Part shown: piece by piece, positions 14,493 to 28,714 of the stretch
Position numbering within the stretch: the first letter of the stretch is position 1
How the letters are laid out: every line of letters begins with the position of its first letter
Assembly: GCF_009914755.1 (NCBI RefSeq)
Contig: NC_060925.1
Reading direction: 5' to 3' (one strand)
Length of the DNA: 64,000 bases
Source: the human T2T-CHM13v2.0 reference genome, Homo sapiens
The notes under the pieces: model-generated
The model's database searches: none
The model's input: the letters and a program-made list of their open reading frames with translations, nothing else
What the model was told of the DNA's origin: nothing
Translations under genes and position numbers: made by a program

Positions 14493-14554
14493 CTGTTGTG
14501 AACTTGGATAATTCTGTGGTTGACCTGGAGACCCTTCAAGCTCTCTATGAGAAT
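14493..14554 (+). CDS. FMN2: FMN2 coding exon (62 nt, probably exon 8), phase 1 in / phase 0 out: (A)VVNLDNSVVDLETLQALYEN
   Basis: Acceptor ttcttcttttttttccacAG, donor AAT|GTGAGT; in frame with the next exon. Confidence 0.95.
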
Positions 14555-14857
14555 GTGAGTAATAGAAGGAATTTTATGTGTGAGTATATAATATGTACAC
14601 AGTACATGTCTATGTGCACATATAGGCTCTTTGTTTTAAGGTCCTCTAAAGAAATTTGATCCGAGTGTAGTGAATTTGCCTAAGTAGGTGTTTGTTACAA
14701 TACTTTCTAGGAACATATCAAACAAATGTGTGGTCTCATGGTTTGAAAAATTGTGAATCAAATCATATTGCATATGAGGTCATTCATTATTTTTTTAAAT
14801 TTAAATAATAGTACTGATGTGGGGGCTAACTTGAGCCAAGCATTGTTCTGTGCACTT

Positions 14858-14860
<3 letters not shown>

Positions 14861-14900
<40 letters not shown>

Positions 14901-14904
14901 ACAC
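14861..14904 (+). repeat. (CA)n microsatellite
   Basis: About 22 AC units with one interruption, ~300 bp downstream of the 62-nt exon. Confidence 0.95.
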
Positions 14905-14909
14905 TTAAA

Positions 14910-15680
14910 ATTTTAAAATATGTAACTGAAAAAGATTGAATACATTCATTCCAGGTGTATGTATTGAACATATTCATGCTGAGTTGATATACACATTGAT
15001 TACCACAATCAGATTAACACATCCATCACCACCCACACTTATATATAAGATCTCTAGAAGTTATTCATCTTATAACTGAAAGTTTGTACCTTTTGACCAA
15101 TATCTCCCTATTTTCCTACCTCCCACCCCTGGGCAACCACCGTTATGCTTTCTGTTTCTATGAGTTCAAGTTTTTTAGATTCCTTATTTGTCTTTCTGTG
15201 TCTAGCTTATTTCACTTAGCATTATGCCCTCCAGGTTCATCCATGATGTTGCAAATGGCAGGATTGCTTTCTTTTTTATGGGTGAATAATATTCCATGGT
15301 GTATATGTACCACATTTTCTTTATCCATTCATCTGTTGATGGACACTGGTTGGTTTTATATCTTGTCTCTTATGAGTAGTGCTGCAGTGAACATGAAAGT
15401 ACAGATATCTCTTCAACATACTTTTCATTTCCTTTGGATGTATTCCCAGAAGTAGAATTGCTGGATCATATGGTAGTTCTGTCTTTAATATTTTGAGCAA
15501 CACCTACACTGCTTTCTATTATGGCTGTACCAATTTACATTCCCATCGACAGTGTGCCAGGGTTCCCTTTTCTTCGCATCTTCACCAACACCTGTTATCT
15601 CTCTCCTAATAGCCTTGCCAACAGATGTGAAGTCATAGCTCACTGTGGTTTTGATTTGCATTTCTCTGATGAACTGTGAT
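14910..15680 (-). mobile_element. L1MA/MB 3' end
   Basis: Reverse L1 3' UTR and ORF2 tail; ORF 15321..15503 resembles the ORF2 C-terminus (ELPYDPAI). Confidence 0.9.
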
Positions 15681-15684
15681 CAAA

Positions 15685-15800
15685 TGCTATTATTATCACC
15701 CCTGTTTTACATGAGGAAAGTTAGAGAGGTTAGATGACTTACTCAGGGTCACATAGCTAGTGTTGTGATATAGCTGGGGTTTAGTTCATTCTGCCTGTTT
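15685..15800 (-). mobile_element. MIR SINE
   Basis: ctgttttacatgaggaaagttagagaggttagatgacttactcagggtcacatagctag. Confidence 0.75.
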
Positions 15801-16969
15801 CTCTATACTGCTACAGTTTATTTCACTAGGTGGCAGGACATTTAGCTTTTGTTATGTAGTACTTTTTTTTTTTTTTTTTTTAACAAAGGTGGTAGAGAAA
15901 GGGAGTAAGGTATTGAAGGAGAATAACCATAGCACGATATAGTCAGTGCTATTGGGAAGTGTGATATGAGAGATGTCTTTAGCTAGAATGTGACATTAAA
16001 TAATATTGATTCAAGTAGTAATAAAGCAGGTTGTTTTCAGTGCTTTTGATTATATTTAAGGTAAAGTCTCAGTGTGGTCCTATTTTGGGTCTAATATCTT
16101 TGAGTGCTTTTTTTTTTTTTTTTTTTTTTTTACTTTATTTCTGTTCTTGCCTTTGATCTGCCTGGTATTTAAGCCTCTGCTCTTTGGGGCATGGCCTTAG
16201 TTGGTCCTTAACTTTTCTGTCTCAAGTCAAATAATTCTTGGCTCTGGGGAGACCCATGTGGTGGGCAGGATGCAGACTCTGTTCCTTGATCACTCCCTTG
16301 AGGACTGTGTATTCAACCTGCTCATCCACTCTTGAGTTTGGTTTTTTTTTTTTAACATATGTTATATGGTGGTCTCATCTGTGAGATTGAGACCGATGTA
16401 AGACAAAATATGTCTCATGGTGCATTGTACAGAATCTGTGGGCCAAGTGTAGAATTGGTACCCATTAAGCATGGTGAGCATAAGCATTCAGTGAAACTGA
16501 GTCAGAAACAAAGATTGAGAGGGAAGCTTTCAGTGATTTATTATACAGTTGTCACTATGCAAAGGGAAAACTGGAAAAAGTAAATCGTGTGTTTAGTATA
16601 TTCACATTCCAATGAAATTGGTATTTAAAATATAACCATTGGGAGGTACAGAGAGTTTTCATTTCTCTTGAGTCTTTCATACTAACCCTCTTCCAACCAG
16701 GAGGGCCATATGGAAGAAAGGAGGAAATACTAGAGGAAAGTAATTTCTTCAGCAGGTCATAATGATTTAAGATGTTGGTGTGTGTGTATCTATCTATCTT
16801 GCACATATATATTACATATATACATTTGGTGTATACATGGTGTGTGTGTGTATCTATATGTGTGTATGTGTATCTAGGAATGAATGTCTTATTTACACTT
16901 GATGTATTTATGTGTAGAAATATACCCAGAAAATACAGAACATTGAATGTTTATTTTATGATGGTTTAG

Positions 16970-17314
<345 letters not shown>

Positions 17315-17413
17315 TCAAAGTAAAGTAATTTCACAAAATATAAATTTATGACTCAGGACAAACTGGATAGCTACCCAGAATCTTATCTTACTTCATGAAA
17401 GTAGAAAAAGTAC

Positions 17414-17772
17414 TGTGTCTTAGTCTGTTTGGGCTGCTATAATAGAATACCATAGCCTAAATGGCTTATGAAGTGTTATTTCTCCCAGTTTTGGAGACTG
17501 AGATTTCCAAGATGAAGGCACTGGCAGATTTGGGATCTGGTGAGGGCCCTCTTCCAGGTTCACAGACTGCGGTGTTCTTGCTGTAACCTCACATGGTAGA
17601 AGGGACAAGGGAGCTGCTTGGGGTCTCTTCTACAAGGGCACTGATCTCATTCAAGAGGGCTCTGCTCTCATGGCCTAATTGCTTCCAAAAGGCCCTACCT
17701 TGATACCATCATCCTGGGGATAAGGTTTCAACCTATGGAACTGAGGGTGGGGCGTAAACATTCAGCGTATAG
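17414..17772 (-). mobile_element. MLT1A-like solo LTR
   Basis: tgtgtcttagtctgtttgggctgctataatagaataccatag... is the reverse MLT1A/MST terminus. Confidence 0.85.
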
Positions 17773-18138
17773 TATACTAGCTGGCACTGGTTAAACTTAA
17801 TTACAATTTTTATTGCTGCTGTTCTCAAACTTTAAGGTTCAGACTTTCATTGTTTCAGGAAAACAATTATTTTGTGAGAGGGTGATTCACAATTATTAGT
17901 TTAGGTAGTACCAGGTTAGCCCTCTGCAGTACAGGAACTTGAAGGATCCGTTATGAACAATAACAGGTCATTGTGCGTATTTTATATGCCAATAATACAT
18001 ATATGCAAATTCCTGATTAATATCTATTAAAAAATAAGTCTTGGGAAGGCAAAAATAGTTGTTTTATCCACAGCAATAGCTCCAGAACCTAGAGTTAAGT
18101 AGTATTTGGAACAGTTCTTCCCTAAACGTCCTGTATAT

Positions 18139-18484
18139 CAGGGGTCCTCAACCGTCAGGCCAAGGACCAGTACCATTCTGTGGCCTGTTAGGAACTGGGC
18201 CACACAGCAGAAGGTGAGCCACTGGTGAGCAAGCATTACTGCCTGAGCTCCACTTCCTGTTGGATCTGTGGTGGCATTAGCTTATCATAGGAGCTAGGAG
18301 TACAAACCCTTTTGTGAACTGCGTATGCACGGGATCTAGGTTGCCTGCTCTTTATGAGAACCTAATGCCTGATGATCTGAGGTAGAACAATTTCATCACC
18401 AAACCATCCCCATAATGCCAGGTCTGTGGAAGAATTGTCTTCCACAAAACTGGTCCCTGGTGCCAAAAAGGTTGGGGACCGCTG
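18139..18484 (+). mobile_element. MER1B (hAT-Charlie MITE)
   Basis: TIRs caggggtcctcaacc / ggttggggaccgctg; 8-bp TSD ctgtatat/ctgtctat. Confidence 0.92.
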
Positions 18485-18620
18485 CTGTCTATGTAAGACA
18501 TTGTTGAAATCTTATAGTACTCCTTTCTTCCTTTCCTGGGAATTTTCCACTTTTTGCTTTATGTTATCTTTATGTATGCATATGTCTTATCTTCTCACTT
18601 AACTACAAATTCCTTATTAG

Positions 18621-18916
<296 letters not shown>

Positions 18917-20389
18917 TGAGTTTTTATATTCCATATTGAACAATATGGTTTGTATAAAATATTCATAATAATTACTACTTAAACAATGACCTGAGAATAG
19001 TAATGTTTTCCTTTTGGTATTATTTTATAATTGACAGAAATGAAAATGGTTAATGTCATTATTTACATTTCAAATGCTCTGCTTTTTTTAAACATCAGTA
19101 TAAAAGGAAATCTGGCTTTCTTAAAAATAAGGTAATTTCAGAAATATTTCTGCAGAGACTCAGAAGTGATACCTTTACCATGGATAAAGCTAACCATTGC
19201 TATCCCAGCAATAATCTGATCCCGTTATGTGTAATTTTTCAAACAATGGTTTAAATTCAAACGGTGACATTCTATTTTAGGGCAAACTGAGTAGATTTGC
19301 TTCCTTCTTGTTGATGTAATTTCAGACGTGATTGCCTCAGGAGCCCCTGGAATTGCTAAGGAAGCTCTTTCCATTTCCCATGTTACCTTAGATCTTTTGA
19401 GTGTCCGCTGGACTGAAAAGAAGCTTGAGCTTCCTTTTCTCAGTTTATACTAGATAATGCATACTGCGATGAACCCAAGATGGACCTAAGATTACAGAAC
19501 TAGTAGTAGTTTATTTTTTGGTGCACAAAGCGGAACAAGTTTTTCCATGTTTTCAGTTGCTAATAGACTGCATTTTTACGCAAGACTAGTAGGAATAAGG
19601 TGGCGCGCTGTATGAAGGCACATTTGTGGTGTACCTTGGCTGGAGGCCTTCCTACTTCCTGCAGACTCTCCCCAAACTTTACAGCTATGTAATAGCTAGA
19701 TTAAAATAGGCCACTATTTCATCTCCATGTGACATGAATATGTGCTTACATGTTCCATCCCTCCTCTATCACCCCAAATCACACAAGGGTATACCAGAAG
19801 TTGTAGTTCCAACTGCATGAAACCAATATGGTTGCTATTACTAAGGGGACTGGGATTCTAACTACCTCTTTTCATTCATGCTGTATCAGGTAAGGGAAGG
19901 CTAGGAACCCAGTGTAACTATAATAGAAGTTTCATATGATCTCTATGCTATTTAATCCCATTAAATGACTGTTGAATGAATGAACCCTTTGAAACGGGAG
20001 CTCAGCATGGTAGAACGTTTAGGCAACATGTGATGCCAGCTTCTTTTCCATGCATTTTCCTAGATTCCCAACTTACAAATATAGGAACATTAAGCCATCT
20101 GATTTGTATTTACCATTGTTTCCTCATTTGTCACTACTGTTTTCTCTTTGTCTAAAAAATTCTATGACAATCTTTGTACCCCCCTCTGATGTTCCAATCA
20201 AAGAGCTCTTCTCACTTTGTACTAGTTTCTTTCTCCTATCTCTCCTTTGTTATAGCATGCTCAGATGCCCATCAAACCGAAATGAAAACAAAATAAAGAG
20301 ACATATATAACTTACCTTCTTTTACTCATTGTTTCTTTCATTGAAAACTATTTCTAGAAAGCTAACTAACTGTCATGCAGTTTGCTAAG

Positions 20390-21950
20390 ATCAGTGCTAG
20401 GTAGTATATTAGGCACATGCATATTTGGAATCGTTTTTTCTCTTGGATGTTGCTTTTTATCAGTATGAAATATTCTTCTTCAGTTTAGTAATACTCTTTG
20501 TCTTGACGTTTTTTTAAACTGATATTTAAATAGCTATTCTATTCTTTTGATACTTACTGTGTGCATGTTTTTTTTTTTTCCAACTCCATCTGTGTACTTT
20601 CAACTTCCCTGTGTCTCTGTGTTTGAATTGCATCTCTCATAGACAGCATGCATTTGGGTCTGTGTTTTTTATTCATTGTGATAATCTTTACTTTCTTGGA
20701 GCATTTAGATTGTCAACATTTATTGTAATTGTTGTTATAGTTGGATTTAGGTCTGTCATTTTTTGTCCCTCTAATTCTTCTTTCCTACCTTATTATTTAC
20801 ATGGTATTTTTTGCTGTTTTGTTTTAACTTTTATTTCTATTTTTTTTTTTTAGCTTCACCTCTTTGTGTCACATATTTTTCAGTTATGCTAGGAATCACA
20901 ATGTATATTCCTAACCTTTTATACTCTACTTAGATAGAATTTTCATATAAAATATAGAAACCTTGACTCCATATAGGGCTTTTTGCTGCCTCTCCTGCTC
21001 CATTTAACTTATTTTGTTGTGACGTGAGTAGCATCTGTATGTGATTGTATTTTTAAATAATTAAACATATTTAAATATAGTTTTTTTATATTTAGCTACA
21101 TTTCCCCCATTTCTGAAGCTCTTCCTTTGTTAAGACCAAGTTTCCCTCCAGTATCATTTTATATCGTTTTTCTTTAGCCTAAGGAAGTATCTGTAGTGTA
21201 TTTTGAAAACACATCTTTTCAGTGATGAATTTTCTTAATTTTCTTTCATCTTAGAATTTTTTTTATCTCACCTTCCTTTTTTTTGAAGGACATTTTAAAA
21301 TTGGATATAGAAGTCTGGGTTGACAGTTTTTTTCTTTCAGCATAATAAAGATATCCCAATTACCTCCGATCTACCTTGTCTCTGATGATAAGTCTGCCAT
21401 CATTGTTACTTTGTATTAATACATAAATTGTCATTTTTTTCCCCTTCTACTGCCTTTAGGTTTTTCTTTTTATTGGGTTTTAATCAGTTTTATTGTAATA
21501 TAAGTAGGCATGGTTTTCTTGTATTCTGATTGAGTTTGATGGACTTCCTGATTATAATTGTGATTTTTCACCACATTTGACAGTTTCCATCTCTCGTCCT
21601 TCAACCTGAAACTATTCTTTTGTACTCTGTTCTCCCAGTTTCTCTCCTCTCTGGCTTACTAATGACATACATGTTACATCTTGAGTACTTTTTCACAAGT
21701 CCCTGAGATTCTGTTCATTAGATTTTCCATCATTTTTTTCTTTCTGTTCATCATATTGTGTACTTTCACTGATTCTTTCTTTTGCTGTCTTTATTCTTTT
21801 ATTCAACCTCTCAAATGAAAACATTTTATTTCTAATGCTATAATTTTCCTAGAATTTTCATTAATAGTTCTTTTTTTGAGACTCCTTATCTTTGTTAACA
21901 TTGATAATTTTTGTTACAAATTGAATAGTTATGTTCAGTTTTTTAAAAGG
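20390..21950 (-). mobile_element. Old L1M (ORF1/ORF2 5' region), highly diverged
   Basis: T-rich reverse-L1 texture (tttgaaggacattttaaaattggatatagaagtctgggttgacag). Confidence 0.7.
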
Positions 21951-21964
21951 CACCTACACACATT

Positions 21965-22385
21965 TAAAAGATAAACCAGAAGCTAGAAAAAGAAATTTGC
22001 AATACCTGGGCCCTCAGAAAATCGGGACCCAGAATATTGAAAAATTCTTACACTTATCAAGGGACAAGTCCAAAGAAAAATGAATAAAAGAGATAACAAG
22101 GCAACTCAAAAAAAGTAAACTGGTATGTCCAATAAATACAAGAAAAAGTGTGTATTCTCAATAGAAAGCAAGAAAATGGAAATAAGACATCAGTAAGATA
22201 CTTCTTCATCTCCAGTGAAAAAGTTTGACAGTATCAAATGTTGAAGAGCATTTGAAAAATTAGTAACTATTATATACTATATTAATATAATTTGGTATAA
22301 TCTCAATGGGAAGCAATTTGCAATATCTAATATAATTAGTCCAGTAATTACACCCTTAGTCATACATTCTAGAGAAACTCTTTCA
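21965..22385 (+). mobile_element. L1ME-like ORF2 3' fragment in the opposite orientation
   Basis: A-rich sense-L1 motifs (aaaaagtttgacagtatcaaatgttg..., agcaatttgcaatatcta). Confidence 0.65.
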
Positions 22386-22914
22386 AAACCAGTTTTCCAA
22401 CCATCAGACACATTAATGGGTCCAACACTTGGGTCTAGTCAGATTTGCCTGATATCTAAGTATAACTATCAGACAAATCAACCTAGGCCAAAAGATTATG
22501 AAAATTAATAATTAGAGTTTCAAGCTACTAAAGTTTAATTTCTTTCACATAAAAATGTTAGCTGACACTTTTCCCATACATTTTTATGCCCTATATGGAT
22601 ATAAATATAGTGAAAATAAAAATAGGGTTATATTACCATTATACAATAATATAGAAAGATAATTTCTATGTAGAGCAAGATATTTGTTTTTGTTATTGTC
22701 TCTATGACTAAAAAAAAAAAATCAGAAAATTAAGTAAAAAGAAGTATATTTCCCTTCTTATTCCAGGAAAGTAACTGAGCCTTTTGTACCCTGAGGCTGC
22801 GCTCTCCTGCCTCAGATGATCTTTGGGGACCTTGGTTTTTCTTGATCACAAAGAGAATTTGCTTTGTCTTCGTCAAGTGAGAGAGACTGATTATAATAGT
22901 TAAAGTAGCTGACG

Positions 22915-24920
22915 TGCTCACATCTGTATTTCTTCATACAGCTTTGAGTTATGGTCTAGTGTCCTGTCATTTCATCCTGCAGGACTCCCTTGAGCATTTC
23001 TTGTGGTACAGATCGAGTGATAATAAACTTTTCCAGCTTTAGTATATCTGGAATGTCATAATTTTTCCCTCATAGTCAAAGGATAGTTTTACTGGATATA
23101 GAATTATTGGTTGAAACTTTATTTTGTTTCAGTACTTTGAATATATCAGACCACTGCCTTCTGGTCTCCCAAATTTGTGACAAGAAATCTGCAGAGATTC
23201 TTATTGAGCATTTCTTGTGTGTGACCAGTTACTTCTTTCTTGCTAGTGTTAATATTCTCTCTTTGACTTTGTCTTTCAAAAGTTTGTTTATAATGTATCT
23301 CGATGTAGGGCTCTTTGGATTAACATCATTTTGAGTTCATTAAGCTTCTTGGATGTTTATGTTCACATCTTTCATCAAATTGGACAAGTTTTCAGCCATT
23401 ATTTTTTAAAAATATCCTCTCTGTTCCTTTCTCTCTTTTTCTTCTAGGACTTCCATAATGCATATTTGGTCTGCTTGGTGGTGTTTCACGGCTTCCTGAG
23501 GCTGTCTTCACTTTTCTTCCATTTTTCTTTTTCTGTTCTTTAGAGTTGATACTTTCTGATCCATCTTCAAGTTCATGGATTCATTCTTTTGCTTCCTCAA
23601 ATCCGTCTTTAAATTCTCTTTGTGCATTATTTTATGTTAGTTATTGTATTTTTCAGTTCTTTTCAGTTATTGTATTTTTCACCTTCTTTTTGATTTATTT
23701 TCAGGTTTTCTATCTCTTTATTAATATTGCCATTTTGTCTGTACATTGTTTTCTTGGCTTGCTTTCTTTAGTTCTTTGAGCATATTTAAAACAAAATTTA
23801 AAAAGCCTTTGTCTTTACTCTGCCATCAGGTCTTTTTCAGGGATAATTTGTATTGATTTATCTTTATCCTTTGAATGGTGCATACTTTTGTTTCTTTGTA
23901 TGTCTTGTGATTTTCTTTCTTTTTTATTTTGAAAAGTGGACATTTGAATTTAACAATGTAATTCTGGAAATCACATTCTCCCTCTTCCCAAGGGTTTGCT
24001 GGGTTTTTATTAATTGTTTTTATTTGTTGTTTTTTGATTTTTGTAGTTTATCTTTGTGCCAAGGATAAGCCTGAAGTGTAAACTTAAGGTCTTCTCAGGG
24101 CATTTTTCAGCCTGCACCTTTCCCTGGGCACAAGTGGTCACTTTCTAATTTTCCCGATATATATACAGTTGCTTTTAAATGTCCTAATCTTTAATGTCTG
24201 GCTCCCAAAAGGTGGGAAAGATTAAAAGGAATCATGGAAAAAAGAGGGCTCTGGCCGTTTAATCCCCCAGCTGTCACTTCAACCAGATAAGGAGGGGCAA
24301 CTACAGTGGGGGGACAGAGGCTCAACAATGGCCTCCTGCTTCTTTGTTTGCACCTGAGTGATCAGAAGCAGTAATCAGGGATCAGAGCACAGATCCTTTA
24401 TATTTGGAAGGTGAGGACATTGGGAGGTTGGCTCACTTTGGCTCCTGCAGGCTGTGTGCAGGTTGCTCCAGAAGCGCGTGCACAGCTGCCTGCCACAGGG
24501 CCGGGAGTGGGGGATAGGTAGCTGCTGATCTGCTAAGAGCTGACATTGACTAAAATTAACTGTAATTTAAGCTCCAAGCCTTTCTTTGGAAGTTGTAAGA
24601 CCAACAGTAGACCCCAAAGTTTCCAACAGATTCTGCTAGTACAATTGTCTAGATGGGGAAATAGATCCCTGGCACTTTCTACTCTGCTATCTTCCCAGAA
24701 TCCTTTCTGGGGTTTCTAATTTTTTCATTCATTCTTAATATATTTTTGTTCATATCATGGAGCATAGTTATAATAGCTGCTTTTCTAAAGACGTTGTCTG
24801 ATAATATGAACATCTGGGTCATCTTGAGGTTGGCATCTGTTGATTGTATTTTCCTTTGAGATTTAGTCAGATTTTCCTCTATTTTGGCACATTGGATAAT
24901 TTTGTATCTTGGACAACATA
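22915..24920 (-). mobile_element. Old L1M 5' UTR/ORF1 region
   Basis: Reverse-L1 ORF1 motifs (tcttcatcaaattggacaagttttcagccatt) and a GC-richer 5' UTR at 24050-24710. Confidence 0.75.
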
Positions 24921-25059
24921 GTCTGTGTAACTGTATTTAATCATTTCTTTTCATTTAACATTTAAATGAGCTTATTACTCTCTGTAATACAAGATATATT
25001 CAATCTAGGTTTTGCTGAGAAAGAAACTCATTCATTTTTGAAAGCATGCGTTTCCCAGT

Positions 25060-25315
25060 ATTGTGTTTTTCAAACTGGGTTCAGTGAAACACTATTGTTT
25101 TGTAGTCTATAGTAAAAAACATGTTGCATAATCAAACAGGTTAAAAATAAGTTAATCAAATAAGTTAAAGTTAAAAATAAAACTGTGCAGAGCCATAATG
25201 TATGCCTAATAAAGTGGTAGTTTCCAAGTGGAGGACATTTTAAACTATATTCTTCCTTCAATTAAATTATTAATCTAGTGAAAACAATAGTATTACGTGG
25301 TTTGGAAAATGCTAC
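25060..25315. mobile_element. Degenerate hAT-type MITE
   Basis: Imperfect TIRs tgtgtttttcaaact / gtttggaaaatgcta; perfect internal inverted 11-mer actattgtttt (25091) / aaaacaatagt (25281). Confidence 0.45.
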
Positions 25316-25620
25316 TATAGTGCAGTCTAAATAAATCCAGACTTGCAGAAACGTAGCTATTGTATAATGCCAAGGAATGTGTCTATTGTGTATTTTTAAT
25401 TTAACATAGTTACTATTTTACTTATTACCAAATAATTACATGTATATCCCTTTTATGTATCTCTTCCACTTATACTTCTTGTCATAAGAATTATTACATG
25501 AAAAGGTCATCTTAGTAGTGTAGCATCATTATTGTAATAGGATATAAACCATTATAAGGTCAGCATAATTGTTTTAAAGTCATTAGTCATACAGTTTTCT
25601 AGACTAGATATGCTTGTAAG

Positions 25621-25916
<296 letters not shown>

Positions 25917-25929
25917 GCTTATAGTTTTT

Positions 25930-27640
25930 ATTTTCTTTTTTTAAAATCCATTTTAATTTTAGATTCAAGGGATACATGTGCAGGTTTGTTACAAGGGCAT
26001 ATTGAGTGGGGCTGAGGTTTGGGCTTCCGTTAATCCCATAACCCAGAAGCTGAACATAGTATCCAACAGGACATGTTTCAGCCCTTGTTCCTCTCCCTCC
26101 CTCCTTTTGGAGTCCCCAGTTTCTAGTGTTCCCATCTTTATGTGAACCCAAAATTTAACTCCTACTTGTAAGTGAGAACATGTGATATGTTTCTGCATAT
26201 GGAATAACAGTCTCTAGCTGCATCCATGTTTCTGCAAAGAACATGACTTCATTCTTTTCATGGTGTTGTAGCATTCCGTGGGGTATATGTACCACATTTT
26301 CTTTATCCAGTCCACTGTTGATGGACATCTAGGTTTATTCCACGTCTTTGCTATTGCAAATAGTGCTGTGATGAACATACGAGTGCCTGTGTCTTTTTGG
26401 TAGAATGATTTATTTTCCTTTGAATATATACCCACTAATGGGATTGCTGGATTGAATGGTATTTCTATTTTTAGTTCATTGGGAAATCTCCAAACTGCTG
26501 TCCACAGTGGCTGGACTAGTTTGCATTCCCACCAACAGTGTATAAGCATTTCCTTGTCTTCACAACCTCTGTAACACCTGTTATTTTTTGACATTTTAGT
26601 AATAGCCATTCTCACTGGTGTGAGATGGCATCTCATTGTGGTTTTGATTTGTATCTCTCTGGTGTTTAGTCATGCTGAGTACTTTTTCTTAAGTTTAGCT
26701 GCTTGTTATCATCTTTTGAGAAATGTCTTTTATTGTCCTTTGCCACTTTTTAATGAGGTTGTTTCCTTTTTTCTTGTTGATTCATTTAAATCCCTTATAG
26801 ATTCTGGATATTAGTCCTTTGTCAGATGCATAGTTTGCAAATATTTTCTCCCATTCTGTTGGTTATCTGTTTATTCTTGTCAAGAGTTTCTTCTGTTGTG
26901 CAGAAGCTCTCTTTGGTTTAATTGTGCCATTTCTCTATTTTTGGTTTTGTTGCATTTGTTTTTAGGGTTTCATCATAAATGTTTGCCTAGACCAATGTCT
27001 AAAAGAGTATTTCCTAGCTTTTCTCCCAGAGTTTTTATAGTTTGAGGTCTTACTTTTAAGTTTTTAATGCATCTTGAGTTAATTTTTATGTGTGGTAAGA
27101 GGTAGTGGTCCGGTTTCATTCTTCTGCATATGGTTAGCCAGTTTTCACAACACCATTGATTGAACAGGGTGTCCTTTCTCCATTGTTTATTTCTGCTAAC
27201 TTTGTCAAAGATGAGTTGGTTGTAGGTATGCAACTTTATTTCAAGGATCTCTGTTCTGATCCATTGATCTGTATGTCTATTTTTGTACCATGCTGTTTTG
27301 GTAACTGTAGCCTTGAAGTATAGTTAGAAGCCCAGTAATATGATGCCTCTGGCTTTGTTCTTTTTACTTAGGATTGCCTTGGCTATTGGGGCTCTTTTTT
27401 GTTTCATTTGAATTTTAGAATAGTTTTTCCTAATTCTGTGAAAAATGATGTTTGTAATTTGATAGGAATAGCATTGAATCAGTAGATTGCTTCAGGCAGT
27501 ATGGATATTTTAATGATATTCTTCCAACCCATGAGCATGGAATGCTTTTCCATTTGTTTGTGTCGTCTATGATTTCTTTCAGCAGTGTTTTGTAGTTCTC
27601 CTTATAGAGATCATTCACCTTCTTGGTATTCCTAGGTATT
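25930..27640 (-). mobile_element. L1PB/old L1PA 3' portion (ORF2 C-terminus and 3' UTR), frameshifted
   Basis: ORFs 26214..26636, 26973..27233 and 27430..27618 translate to L1 ORF2 pieces ([31 protein letters not shown]). Confidence 0.95.
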
Positions 27641-28071
27641 TAATTAATTAATTAATTATTGTGGCTATTAGGTACATTATAGTTTTTAAAATATTCTGTG
27701 TTAAAGAGAAAAAAAGTCAATGTGAGGGAAAGGATGTTGCCCAGGATGGTGGGTACAATTTTAAATATGGTTGTTATTTGAAAGATGACATTTGAACTAG
27801 GAATTGCGGGAGATGAGGAAGAGAAGCCATGTGTAAATCTAAGAGACCATATCATGCCTGAAGTGTGAGCAAGTCTGATATATTCAGGGAACAGCTGGAA
27901 GCCCACACAGCTGAAATGGCACAAGGGAGGGGAACATTGTAGAAGTTACTTAGAGATAAATTGGTGGGGACTAGCCCCTCTAGGGACTTGTAGAACTTTG
28001 TAAGACTTGAACTTTTTCTCTGAGTAAAATGGGAAGTTAACACACAGTTTTGGCTAGAGGATTCATGTTTC

Positions 28072-28270
28072 AAAGCTTGTCCAACTCGCTTTATTTTGTT
28101 GTTGTCATTCTGTTTTGTTTTGTTTCAGGCTTTTAGCAGCCTGAAGCCATGGTGTTTAGTTTCGTGTCTAGTGATAAGCAGAAAAGAGGGACGAGGACGG
28201 GGCTTTACTGGCCCAACCAGAAACAGAAACTAAGAACCCACGACTGTATTCTGTCCCTTGGACACCCCTG
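28072..28270. mobile_element. MER107/MER30B-like hAT-Charlie MITE
   Basis: TIRs aagcttgtccaa / ttggacacccctg with the characteristic internal sequence. Confidence 0.8.
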
Positions 28271-28334
28271 TAAGAAGTTCTGACAACTAGGAATAGACTG
28301 TGAGAAGCAAGGTGGAGTGTCAGAGACCTTTCAG

Positions 28335-28392
28335 AGTTAAGAGATGATAGTGGCTTGGACCTCAGTTAAGAGATGATAGTGGCTTGGACCTC
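28335..28392 (+). repeat. Perfect 29-bp tandem duplication
   Basis: agttaagagatgatagtggcttggacctc x2. Confidence 0.97.
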
Positions 28393-28714
28393 AGTGTACA
28401 CAGTGGAGCTGCTGAGAAGTGGTCAGATTCTGGAACTATTTTGAAGAATATGCCAGTAGAATTTGCCAGCGGGCTGGGTATGGACTGTGAGAGAAAACAA
28501 GAAATTGAGAGTGATCCCACAATTTTTGGCCTGGGCAATAGGAAGGGATTGCCATTAGCTGATAAGTGGAAGCAGCTTGGTAGAAAATGGGGCAATGAGA
28601 ATTCTGTGGTTATGTTAGGTTTGAGTGGTCTGTTCCTTCATAATTGATATGCAGACACAGGGGTCTAGTAGTCTCAAGGCAGAAGGTGGAGAGTGAGGGT
28701 ATGAGTGTTAGAAA

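Larger units (their letters stand above)
27690..28640 (-). mobile_element. L2 fragment interrupted by a hAT MITE
   Basis: Reverse-L2 motifs on both sides of 28072-28270 (gagatgatagtggcttggac..., gagaagtggtcagattctgga). Confidence 0.75.

Noticed and set aside
26214-27618. Minus-strand ORFs of 62-140 aa with protein-like sequence
   Set aside because: Broken pieces of L1 ORF2 in a 5'-truncated, frameshifted element.
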